Assembly (NCBI GenBank): GCA_034523095.1
Contig: JAXHKU010000017.1
Location: 5,641-69,640 of the forward strand
Source: Cyclobacteriaceae bacterium
GTDB taxonomy: Bacteria > Bacteroidota > Bacteroidia > Cytophagales > Cyclobacteriaceae
Length of the DNA stretch: 64,000 bases
Direction of reading: 5' to 3'
Part shown: in pieces, positions 20,950 to 30,879 of the stretch
How the letters are laid out: each line of letters begins with the position of its first letter
Numbering within the stretch: the first letter of the stretch is position 1
Made by a program: the position numbers and the translations under genes
Notes under the pieces: model-generated
Told to the model about the DNA's origin: nothing
The model's input: the letters and a program-made list of their open reading frames with translations, nothing else
Databases searched by the model: none

Positions 20950-22075
20950 CTAAATCCGTTCATAAACCGTTTCAAATTGCGGAATTATCCTTTCAATTGT
21001 AAACTCCCTTCTAACATATTCCTGAGCATTACACCCTATTCTTTCCACCAATGATTTATCATAGTACAGGGCCGACACAATCTCTGACAATCTTATCTAT
21101 ATTCTTAAAGGGAACAATAAAACCATTGCTATAATGTTCTATTACGTCAGTAGCGCCAGATACAGGAGTAATCACCAAAGGAACCCCAAGCGCCATAGTT
21201 TCAATCATAATTTGAGGAAAGGCTTCTTGTAGTGTGGGGTGTACAACGACATCCATGCAATTTATCAACCTATGAGCATCTTTTCTCCAACCTGCAAAAA
21301 CAACAGCATCCTGCAATTGGCGCTGTTCCACTGCTTCACAAAGACTGGAATGAAATGGGCCGTCACCAATCATCAACATCAATATATCAGGTAATTGTTT
21401 ATGCAATCCATGAAATGCTTCAATCAGATACAATTGTCCTTTGATGTTATGATGTCGAGCGATATTTCCGATTACGAATTTATTATTGATGCCCAGTTTT
21501 TGTTTTAAATTACTAATTTCATCTAATGACAAAGTATTGTATCTACTCTTTGAAAAATCAAATGGGTACGGAATGAGTTTTATTTTTTCTGGAGATACCC
21601 CTTGTCTTTTTAGTAATTCCACAATAGCTGTAGATGGTACTATTATTGCCGAGGCTACTGAATTAACAATCTTCTCTACAAAAAGATAAAACCAAAGTTT
21701 AGCGCCCGAAGTCGTAAGATAAAACTGGTCGTGATAATGTCGGCCTACAATATGCCTGGTTTTATGACTCATTAAACAAGCCATTGTACCTATAACAGCT
21801 TCGTAATAATGATGTGTATGAAGTATATCAATATTTTCTCTTCGCAGAATCCTCGATAAGCGCCATGCTCCCCAAAACATATAAAACCACCCATGATCGA
21901 TCTCAAGATTGAAAAAGGGAATTCCGGCCTTTTCATAGTAAGGGTTTTCTATATTGGATTCTCCACGGTATGAAGACGCCATCATTTTGAAATTAATCGG
22001 ATTAGCATTTTTCACTACGACATCTATGAAGTCATGATTGTTGATAACTTTGCTAAAATGGAGCAGATTCTTCAT
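20950..22075 (-). pseudogene. Glycosyltransferase family 4 (group 1) with a frame break near 21095-21105
   Basis: ORF 21059..22075 carries the GT1 C-terminal signature (VVHPTLQEAFPQIMIETMALGVPLVITPVSG). The last ~45 codons (LSEIVSALYYDKSLVERIGCNAQEYVRREFTIERIIPQFETVYERI) read in another frame ending at 20950. Confidence 0.7.
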
Positions 22076-22087
22076 GGGCTGTAGTTA

Positions 22088-23147
22088 TTAATTATGTGAA
22101 ACGGCTTTCATGAAGTTCTTGCGAAATAGTTCAATAGCGTTATTTTCAGTATAAGAAGAGGCCACCATCTTACACTGTCGAGACAGACAAAGTTTATCTT
22201 CGGCTGAAAGTTTAAAAAACCATTTTATCCTTTCAACAATCATATGCTCATCTAGTGGCACTACCAAATCTTCAGAAACCTGGCGCACACATTCCTTCGT
22301 TCCTGTCCATTCCTGAAACAATTGGAACAATACCAGCCTGCATTGCTTCATTTACAGTGATTCCCCATGCATCACCTCTTGCCGTATGTAAATAAATGGC
22401 TGCCCCTTCCAGAAAACTCGCCAAAGATTCTATGACACCGACAAAGCGGACTTTCTCAGGATTATGCATACTAGCCACAAGGTCTGTCTTTCGGATAGAA
22501 TCCCATTCTCCTGCAATATCAAAAACTACATCATACCCCTCGGTGATAAGGCAGATCAACTGCCCGTACCATAAGATCTAGGCCTTTATACCATAATCTC
22601 CAGGAGGCCCCAGCATTACCTATAAATACAATTCTCTTGCTTGCTACGTCATACTTTACCGATGTCAATTGCTTTATCCTTTCTTCAGAAACACCATTAA
22701 TTCCAGTAAATATGAATTTGTGCTTATTAACAATTCTATTGACTAAGGCGGACTTCATTCTTTCCAATGCAAATCCAAGCGGAATACTGCCGGTATGCCC
22801 ACGAATTTACCGCATGAGAGTCGGGAGTAGTACCTGGAATAAATGAAATAAGGAGATTCATCATCCACTAAGGCAATTAATTTAATTTTCCCTAAGCTGA
22901 GAATTTTAGATAAAACCAATGTAATTCTGAGACCCTCGGTGAGTACAATACATTTCTTATAATGTATGAAGTAAAAGGCATTTATAAACCATGCGAGATA
23001 TCTTATTGGTGCCGAATAATGCCTGTCGTGCCATCTGAACCACGGGTCTTCATAGGTAAAATGATTTGTGACAGAAGCACCATACTTGGCGTGTAAAGGA
23101 TGACCGGAAGGTCGACCATGAACAAATATCACTTTTTGACTGCTCAT
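22088..23147 (-). pseudogene. Glycosyltransferase group 1/GT4-like gene in four frame segments
   Basis: Co-linear ORFs 22755..23147, 22531..22767, 22272..22559 and 22088..22351. The third carries HTARGDAWGITVNEAMQAGIVPIVS (an EX7E-type GT1 region). Confidence 0.65.
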
Positions 23148-24327
23148 ATTTCAAAGCCGGCATAATTCAGATTACTCTCCAGCCGACTAAAGTAGTGTTC
23201 TAATGTATAATGGCTCATTACTTTTTGTCTCGCTTTCTCCCCCATTTCGGCCAAATATTCTTTGTTATCTATCGCCCAGGAAATGGATTCGGCTACAGCT
23301 TCAGGTGTATTGCTGTCGAGTATATATCCATCTATACCATGTTCAATGATGTCCGGGGCGGCGCTGAAACGGCTACCGATAACCGGCAGACCGTGTGCCA
23401 TTGCCTCCAGAATCACCATTCCGAAAGCATCGTTTAAGGAGGGAAATATCAAGGCATCAGCATCGCTGTATATTTTGGATAATTGTTCTTTATTTACCGG
23501 TCCGGTAAAAGTAATGTTTTCAGGGCAAGGTTGTATAAATGGTATTGCCTCTGGCAATATTTTCCCAACCAAAACAATCTCCAGTGCTTCATTTGTAAAA
23601 CCTCTTATCGCTTTTATAAGTGTATGTATCCCTTTCAATAGTTCAAGCCTTCCCACAAACAATAGCCGTAGCTTTCCGTCAACGTGCTTCATTTTTTGCA
23701 AATTGGAAAAATTATTAATTTCAATTCCCAGTTGACATAGGAGGATTTTTTTCTCATCGAAACCACGGCTCACAAATGTCCTCTTACAAAAGAGGAATGC
23801 ACCTGAATAAAATCGGCTGTACTGCACTCCTCCTTCATTCGCTTTATTACCCCACGTGAAAAACGGCTATATCCGGGTTTTATGAGGATATCTGGATCTC
23901 GGTAGAAACTCTCATTTACACCCATCCAGTAATCTACATATGGCATAGGATGCTCAAGAATACACTTGCCACCAAATTTTTTGTTCTTCTTCATGCTCCA
24001 TAATGATGTCTGTGACCAGGCGATCAGTATTTACAGGCTTAGCAAAACATGCTGAACAAAGTGATCGTAATACCGCAATAAAAACGACTTGTGTAACTGA
24101 CGGCCATCAGTGAGCCGCTCCAATCGGTGATTAATCCCATAGGCGATATAACTGGCGAAGTCGTATAACCAATTATCTTTCCTGTGCCAAACACCTTTAT
24201 ATCGTTGCTACAACTAAAGTTTGGCCAGTAACGCAGAGAGTAAAACGACTTTACCTTTTTGATCAAAAAACTGATAAATAGATTCCGAATGAGAGCCGGC
24301 CTGAACTAAAAAAAATGGCATATTCAT
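23144..24327 (-). pseudogene. Glycosyltransferase family 4 in at least four frame segments
   Basis: The C-terminal ORF 23144..23827 carries LLFVGRLELLKG and IFPSLNDAFGMVILEAMAHGLPVIGS. The upstream pieces 23770..23994 and 24039..24266, plus a short N-terminal piece from ATG 24327, are in different frames. Confidence 0.7.
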
Positions 24328-24384
24328 ATTAACTCAGCGTCGCTTTTATAATATCAGGATTTTTCCTGCCGTTGAAATAGGTCA

Positions 24385-25323
24385 TCACTTCGCTATCAAT
24401 ATCCGCCACCTGACATTTATCATAATTAATATTTTCCATGCTGCCTTAAGACGGGCTTTCCTGTCCATTAATTCGCTTTCACGAGTCATGTCTACCGGAA
24501 AAAACATGGCTTTTAACCCAAGTCCCAATACAAGTATCAAATTGTCTAGCGTATTGATCAAAAAGTTAATAAGTGCATTATTGTATCCATAGTGATCTTC
24601 CCTTATCCTCCACTCGTGACTGCAACTCAGTAATCTGGCCATATAAACTCTATTTGGGTCTCTCTTGAAACTGACACTTCCATGATGAATAATTTTAATA
24701 TCCGGTACGACGAATATCTCAAACCCTCTATTGACAATTTCCTTACAAAGTGGATACTCCTCCCAAAAAAGAAATGAACTTTCATCGTAAATATAATTCT
24801 GAGGTAGAGCAGCCCTTCTGATCATCATCCTGTGCGAAAAATAAAATCCACTTTTGCGGCAATTTGGTTGATTGAAGGGTTTTTGGCTTTTTGGGAAAAA
24901 ATAACATTCAAAAAATGAAGACGGGTATACTTTTCGAAGATTGTGACGGGTAATGATTCCCTGCCCTGATTAATAGTGTTTAGGCCTATCTTTCCGACAT
25001 TGGGGTGAGCCTCCATGTAATTAATGCATCGCTCAAATGTATTCTTGAAAACCTCTGCATCCGGATTAAATGAAAAGATATACCTCCCTTTTGACTCCCG
25101 GTATGCCTGATTCATGGCTCGCGCAAATCCAAAATTAAAGTGATTAAAAAACCATTTTACTTGCGGGTAATCGAGTGCTAAACTTTGGGTATTGTCAGTC
25201 GAATTATTATCTACAACTGATGATTTCAAAAGAAAAGCTTGTTTCACTTTCCAAAATTGAAGTTAGGCAATCTTTTAGAAAACTTCGCGTATTATATGAA
25301 ATTATGAGGACGCTTAAATCCAA
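24385..25323 (-). pseudogene. Glycosyltransferase family 2 in three frame segments
   Basis: The N-terminal relic is LDLSVLIISYNTRSFLKDCL (about 25323 downward). It is followed by ORF 24825..25247 (VVDNNSTDNT..FGFARAMNQA) and ORF 24385..24828 (MMIRRAAL..EEYPLCKEIVNRGFEIFVVPDIKIIHHGS). The start codon is uncertain. Confidence 0.7.
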
Positions 25324-25464
25324 TTCCTTCTATTAAAAACCATCAAATCATTTTTAGAAGGTGTTGGGTATCATGCAAATTTAAAATTCCTCTCCTGTTG
25401 TTTTCCAGATCAAAATAGGATAGACTTTTTAACATTTTCTATGGATAAGTGACTCTTTGAGATA

Positions 25465-26034
25465 TTACGTTTTTCCTTCGTTCGTGTAATTACACCTCAG
25501 GCCATAATCACAGTCGGCGACAAACACTTCAAGTTCCGGATGAGTTTGGTTTAAGAAATAGATCGCCTTCCATACATCTCCATTCCAAATACCTTTGTAG
25601 CCTCTTTTTTGCCAGTCAAGGAAGGAACAAGCAGCTTCCTCACTTGCTGGATTGCAATCGTGAACAATTATGAAACCATTTTCTTCAAGATACTTGAGGG
25701 CGTTCAGATACTATCCATTTAGGGCAAGCTCAAACTCATGCATCCCATCGATCAATACAATGTCAACCTTGCTCTTTTTAAATACTTTATCCGCCTCCTT
25801 TTCGAAAAATTCGTCACTGGTTGTTTGACTGGAACATTGGTCCACGCAACATGCTGAGATCCGATTTTTAACTGATTTCCTTCGAATCCAAACTTAAAAT
25901 TTGGGTCAACTGCGATTTTTCGATTGCATTTGACCATAAAAAAGACATTCCCGTCCCTGACCCCAATTTCTAAATAACTTTTTCAAATGATGCTTATTGA
26001 TCAATCCTTTCAAATTCAATTGATATCTTTCCAT
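25465..26034 (-). pseudogene. Class I SAM-dependent methyltransferase with frame breaks and an in-frame TAG
   Basis: The minus strand reads VDIVLIDGMHEFELALNG*YLNALKYLEENGFIIVHDCNPASEE..WNGDVWKAIYFLNQTHPELEVFVADCDYGL, with TAG at 25711-25713. The upstream segments (MERYQLNLKG.. / LEIGVRDGNVFFMVKCNRKIAVDPNF) are in other frames. Confidence 0.6.
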
Positions 26035-26103
26035 GAAATTCAGTCGATATTTTATTCTAATAACAAACGCAGCGTCCCCTTCCAAAAAGACACATCACCA
26101 TAG

Positions 26104-27259
26104 TCATAGGCACCATGCTTCAACATTTGGCTTGCCGTTATCAATGATTTTCAAAAGTGCATATATCCTCATGCTCATCAATTCGTGCAACATGGGGTTG
26201 ATTGAAAAATGTATATATCGAATAACTCCTCGAGCAAGTATCCCAGGTTCAATCATAAGTGTCATTGTTTTTCTTAAGACATTTGACTCCATTGAAAAAA
26301 TTCTCCTTTTCGCTGAATTCAATATTATGACAAACAGGTCACACTTCATCGCCTCCTCCTTAAAATCGATTTCAAATTCAATAAACACTGGATTGCTAGA
26401 TCAAAAATTCACGACAATTATTTCCTTGCTCATCTTTTAAACGGATTGATTTGAAATACAATGGACTGTCTTTAGACTTATGCTTTGATCAGGTGTTCGT
26501 TGGAACTTTTATTATCCGAGTTGTAAAATCGAATTGATTGTAATGGTGGTGCATCAAGCCCTACTATCCCGGATTTTAATACCATCACGCGGACGCAAAG
26601 TTTACTGATTGCGTTCAGGTCATGACTCACAAATAAAATAGTCCTCCCTCCTTCTTACTCACCTCATCCATCTTACCAGACACTTCTTCTGGAACTCGGC
26701 ATCGCCCACTGCCAGGACTTCATCGATGATGAGTATTTCGGGTTCTAAGTGGGCGGCGACAGAAAAGGCAAGCCGCACCGTCATGCCGCTGCTGTAATGC
26801 TTCACGGGGGTGTCGAGGAATTTCTCTACGCCGCTGAAATCGACAATTTCATCAAACTTAGCTTTGATTTCGCGCCGCTTCATGCCCAGAATAGTACCGT
26901 TGAGGTAGATATTTTCCCGACCCGTGAGTTCTGCATGAAACCCGGTACCAACCTCAAGCAGGGACGACACACGGCCATTGATCTCAAATCGGCCGGTAGA
27001 AGGACTCGTGATGCGCGAGAGTATCTTCAGAAGTGTGCTTTTTCCAGCCCCATTTCTTCCAATAATGCCCACGGCTTCCCCTTTCTTGATTTCAAAATTA
27101 ATATCGCGCAAAGCCCAGAACTCTTCTTTCATGGCCGGCATTCTTCCCAAATAAATCTTGTAGCTTGTCAGAAAAAGCATTTCTTAGATCACCGGCTTTC
27201 TTATGGCCGATGATATATTTTTTCCCCAGGTTTTCTACTTTGACCGCAATATCACTCAT
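26104..27259 (-). pseudogene. wzt: Polysaccharide/O-antigen ABC transporter ATP-binding protein, frame-broken
   Basis: ATG 27257-27259 overlaps the wzm stop (ATGA). The N-terminus MSDIAVKVENLGKKYIIGHKK shifts near 27130-27150 into ORF 26659..27180, which carries Walker [10 protein letters not shown], signature [12 protein letters not shown] and Walker [13 protein letters not shown]. Further shifts follow FQKKCL. The extent of the C-terminal domain is uncertain. Confidence 0.7.
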
Positions 27260-28071
27260 ACAATATCCGCCATTATACTTTCCACGCGCCTGAAATATAT
27301 CAATCCGGTGACAAAAAGCAGGAGGATCACCGCCGTAGAGATATAAAAATAAATATCAGGTTGAGCCCCGCCAAATATACTCCATCTGAAACCCTGAATC
27401 ACGCCTGCCATAGGATTTAGATTATAGATCAACTGAAACTTCTCCGGAACAAGCCTCGCAGGATACGCCACCGGTGTGGCATATAAACCAAACTGCACGA
27501 TAAAAGGCACCACATGCTGAAAATCGCGGTACCTTATAGTTAAGGCGCTTAGCCAAATTCCTACTGCAAGTGCGGCCATAATATTCAAAATGATGAACAG
27601 TGGCGCAAATGCGACTTGCACCGGAGGCAGGTATTGGTAATAAACCATAAGTATAACCAAAAACATCAGCGCCACTCCGAAGTCCACAAAACCTACCATT
27701 GCCTTACTCAAAGGGATAACCAAACGCGGAAAGTAAATTTTCTTGATCATTTCCTGGGCTCCCACAATACTTGTTCCTGATTGGTTTAAAACAAAACCAA
27801 AGTATGCCCACATGGATATACCACTAATGGCAAATAAGGGATAAGGAATCCCTCCCGTGTCAACTTTCACCGCCATGCCAAATACTAAAACAAAAACGGT
27901 GAGCGTAGCCAGCGGCTGCAATAGTGCCCAAGTAAATCCAAGGAAAGTCTGGGCGTATCGCACACGCAGGTCGCGGTAGGCCAGCACGGCGAACAAATCG
28001 CGGTAGGCCAGCAATTCGCGCCAGTTAATTCTGAATTTGCTTTGCCTTGCATCAACAATAATCCTGGACAT
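27256..28071 (-). CDS. wzm: ABC-2 type polysaccharide export permease
   Basis: Intact 271 aa ORF with about 6 TM segments and an N-terminal RDLRVRYAQTFLGFTWALLQPL block typical of Wzm/TagG/KpsM permeases. Confidence 0.8.
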   Translation of the reverse strand: MSRIIVDARQSKFRINWRELLAYRDLFAVLAYRDLRVRYAQTFLGFTWALLQPLATLTVFVLVFGMAVKVDTGGIPYPLFAISGISMWAYFGFVLNQSGTSIVGAQEMIKKIYFPRLVIPLSKAMVGFVDFGVALMFLVILMVYYQYLPPVQVAFAPLFIILNIMAALAVGIWLSALTIRYRDFQHVVPFIVQFGLYATPVAYPARLVPEKFQLIYNLNPMAGVIQGFRWSIFGGAQPDIYFYISTAVILLLFVTGLIYFRRVESIMADIV

Positions 28072-28149
28072 TCAATAATTTTTTGTTTTATAAATACGCC
28101 TTCTACCGACACAGCTTCGCCAGGTCGATCCCACAGGGATATTCTTTTT

Positions 28150-28850
28150 GCTGGAAAATTTGAGCAAAATCAACCCCCCCCGCTTAAATGCTAGCGTTAT
28201 CGAAATTATCAGGATGCTGAAACTTAGACTTAAAGGTTTGTCTCTCCCCCTCATACCCCCCCCCCATGAAGTCTCCCCTTTATTCCCCCCTAACCCCATA
28301 TCTCCTTCTTTTTTGCTAAAAAAAAAAAATTTGTTGTGAGGGTTTACCTTCGCGTCTGCAACCCCTTCTCTTTCCGATCGGAGGACTTGGTACTGTCTGT
28401 TAAAATAAAAGAACTGATGCGCCTCGGGACACGGGCCCCGTTATCGTTTTTCGCGTTTGTTTTCATGCTGAGCTGATCCGGAGCATTACAAAGAGCATAT
28501 ACTCCACGATACTTCGATGGACATCCGGCGCGAAGGAGAAGGGAACAAGCGTGAAGCATTTTCGCCGACGGCGCTCCCGTTTTTTTCTTTTGAAGTCTGA
28601 AGGCCGGCGGCATGGGGATCATCTTACTGCCGATTATGTATTCCTTGTGGACCCATGGTGGAATCCTGCTGTAGAACCGCTATCGATCGGTGCTACCGTC
28701 TGCTCGCCGGACATCTTTCCTACCGAATGATATGCAAGACACGAGGAGTCTTGCCTCGCTAAGAAAGATCATTTCACCGAAAATACCTCGGAGGGAGCGG
28801 TTTGGCAAATATAGAAGGATTCATCTTTCGATAGGATTCCCGAAACTGTT
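28150..28850 (+). pseudogene. 3' relic of a second SNF2-family helicase gene (helicase C-terminal domain), heavily decayed
   Basis: Plus-strand translation across several frames gives FFLLKSEGRRHGDHLTADYVFLVDPWWNPAVE (28614-28678), then AIDRCYRL and YRMICKDT. These correspond to SNF2 motifs V/VI (SLKAGG..LNLT.AD.V...DPWWNP..E.QA.DR..RIGQ). There is no N-terminal ATPase half upstream. Confidence 0.6.
28174..28329. repeat. Cluster of long homopolymer tracts
   Basis: C8 at 28174-28181, C10 at 28256-28265, C6 at 28285-28290 and A12 at 28318-28329. The cluster lies 100-260 nt upstream of the wzm start on the opposite strand. Confidence 0.85.
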
Positions 28851-28963
28851 GTATTTACCAACAAGCGCTCCCTTCCCCTTACAGAAAATTTTATGTTTCA
28901 CCAAATCATTTATTATAATAGCACTAATTCTTAACTTGGCACAAAATATTATTTGGTATAGAA

Positions 28964-29437
28964 ATGAGTCACCTATCTAAACTTGACGAAATCGACAAGA
29001 AAATCCTGGAAATATTGCAGGCACGAGCTAAAATCACAAACGCCAAACTCTCTGAGGAAATAGGGCTTTCTCCCGCCCCTACCCTGGAAAGGGTGAAAAA
29101 GCTGGAGCAACTTGGAATTATCGCCAGCTATCATGCAAAGCTCAATATAGAGAAAATTGGACTTGGTGTTACGACTTTCGTTCTTGCTACCCTCAACGGC
29201 CACAATAAAGCCAATATCGAAGCCTTTGTCGATGAAATCAATAAAATACCAGAAGTTATAGAATGCCATCATATTACGGGCGCAGGAGATTTTATTCTGA
29301 AGGTGGTGACACGTGATATTACATCCTATCAAAAACTCATGCTTGAAAAGGTGAGTGATATTAAGCAAATAAATAATATGCAGTCGATGGTAGTATTATC
29401 TACTTTCAAGGACAGCAAAGTGATACCGGTAAATTAG
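28964..29437 (+). CDS. Lrp/AsnC family transcriptional regulator
   Basis: Intact 157 aa ORF with an N-terminal HTH (LDEIDKKILEILQARAKITNAKLSEEIGLSPAPTLERVKKLE) and a C-terminal RAM-type domain. Confidence 0.85.
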   Translation: MSHLSKLDEIDKKILEILQARAKITNAKLSEEIGLSPAPTLERVKKLEQLGIIASYHAKLNIEKIGLGVTTFVLATLNGHNKANIEAFVDEINKIPEVIECHHITGAGDFILKVVTRDITSYQKLMLEKVSDIKQINNMQSMVVLSTFKDSKVIPVN

Positions 29438-29445
29438 TTTCGTCC

Positions 29446-29949
29446 ATGCCCACTGAAGATAACAAAATTCTCTCGATGCAGCAGATCAGGCATAAGATAA
29501 GCCGGATCGCATGGGAGATCTATGAAAATAACTATACTGAAAAGAAAATCTATATTGCCGGTATTCCATCAGGTTATAAGCTGGCCAAACTTCTGGCGAA
29601 GGAATTGCAAAAAATCAGTCCGGTTCAGGTGGAGCTGTTGAAAATTGAGTTTAAAAAAAGTCCGGAAAATCTGGAGACCATCCATTTGAATTGCAATCCT
29701 TCCGACCTCACAGGATATGTTCTCCTGTTGGTGGACGACGTGCTTCATACGGGACGGACATTCCTGCAGAGTCTTAGACCATTTATGGATGTGAAGGTGA
29801 AGAAAATAGAAACCGCCGTCCTGATCAATCGGAGTCATAAGATGTTCCCTATTTCTGCCGATTACACAGGATATCAACTGGCTACTACCCTCAATGACCA
29901 TATAAAGGTAGTGCTCGACTCCGGAAAGTATGGAGTTTATTTGTATTGA
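29446..29949 (+). CDS. PyrR-like phosphoribosyltransferase (pyr regulator/uracil PRTase family)
   Basis: Intact 167 aa ORF with the PRPP-binding loop LLLVDDVLHTGRT. It is collinear with Bacillus PyrR as I recall it (..RSHKMFPISADYTGYQL). Confidence 0.65.
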   Translation: MPTEDNKILSMQQIRHKISRIAWEIYENNYTEKKIYIAGIPSGYKLAKLLAKELQKISPVQVELLKIEFKKSPENLETIHLNCNPSDLTGYVLLLVDDVLHTGRTFLQSLRPFMDVKVKKIETAVLINRSHKMFPISADYTGYQLATTLNDHIKVVLDSGKYGVYLY

Positions 29950-30060
29950 AAAGAAGTTTATTGGGCTTGCAGAAGGTTGCTCAACATAAATCTGCCCAAA
30001 ACCCAATAAACCTGAACGCAATACTCCAAGACCAAATCTTATCCAACTACAATTAAGAAC

Positions 30061-30879
30061 ATGTCCAGCAAGTTTTCTGAAATCAAAAAAGTCACCACAC
30101 ATCAGCTACTTGCTATGAAGCAGTCTGGCGAAAAGATATCCATGCTCACTGCTTACGATTACAGTATGGCCGGTCTGATCGATGGCGCTGGAATAGACAT
30201 CATTCTGGTCGGTGACTCGGCTTCGAACGTGATGGCTGGAAATGAAACAACTTTACCGATCACGTTGGATCAGATGATTTATCATGCCACTTCGGTCGTC
30301 AGGGCCGTAAGGCGGGCATTGATTGTTGTTGATATACCCTTCGGCTCCTATCAGGGCAACTCTCAGGAGGCATTGCGATCAGCCATCCGGATTATGAAAG
30401 AATCGGGGGCGCATTCTGTGAAAATGGAAGGCGGCGCCGAAATACAGGAATCCGTTGATCGGGTTCTAAGCGCAGGAGTACCCGTCATGGGGCATCTCGG
30501 ACTTACACCCCAGTCGATTTATAAATTTGGAACGTATAGCGTTCGTGCACGGGAGCAGCAAGAAGCTGACAAACTTCTCAGCGACGCACTATTGCTGGAG
30601 GGTTGTGGGTGCTATGCTATCGTTTTGGAGAAGGTCCCCGCTGCCCTCACAAAAAAAGTAGCCAACGAACTTAAAATACCCGTTATTGGCATTGGCGCCG
30701 GGCCTGATGCCGACGGCCAGGTACTGGTGATGCACGACATGCTGGGCATCAACAAAGATTTCAATCCGCGATTTCTGAGGCGCTATGCTGACTTGCAGGG
30801 CATTATTACGGCAGCAGTGGAAAGCTACATTGCTGATGTAAAATCGAAGGATTTCCCAAATCCAGGTGAGAGCTATTAA
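30061..30879 (+). CDS. panB: 3-methyl-2-oxobutanoate hydroxymethyltransferase
   Basis: Intact 272 aa ORF with [22 protein letters not shown] and VKMEGG motifs. Confidence 0.9.
   Translation: MSSKFSEIKKVTTHQLLAMKQSGEKISMLTAYDYSMAGLIDGAGIDIILVGDSASNVMAGNETTLPITLDQMIYHATSVVRAVRRALIVVDIPFGSYQGNSQEALRSAIRIMKESGAHSVKMEGGAEIQESVDRVLSAGVPVMGHLGLTPQSIYKFGTYSVRAREQQEADKLLSDALLLEGCGCYAIVLEKVPAALTKKVANELKIPVIGIGAGPDADGQVLVMHDMLGINKDFNPRFLRRYADLQGIITAAVESYIADVKSKDFPNPGESY

Noticed and set aside
26033-26440. Plus-strand ORF of 135 aa, and the overlapping minus ORF 26104..26388 read as an independent gene.
   Set aside because: The plus ORF is antisense to the expected Wzt C-terminal domain region and is low-complexity. 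The minus ORF is treated as part of the frame-broken wzt gene rather than as a separate gene.
28340-28800. Possible RNase P RNA or other structured ncRNA on the minus strand. It has AGGAAAGATGTCCGG resembling the GAGGAAAGUCCGG core, local hairpins such as GCAAGAC-tcctcgt-GTCTTGC, and higher GC than the flanks.
   Set aside because: The other universal RNase P blocks (the GGUAAGGGUGAAA-type block and ACAGAACCCGGCUUA) are absent. The plus strand translates to SNF2 helicase motifs (DPWWNPAVE), which explains the GC content as a protein-gene relic.
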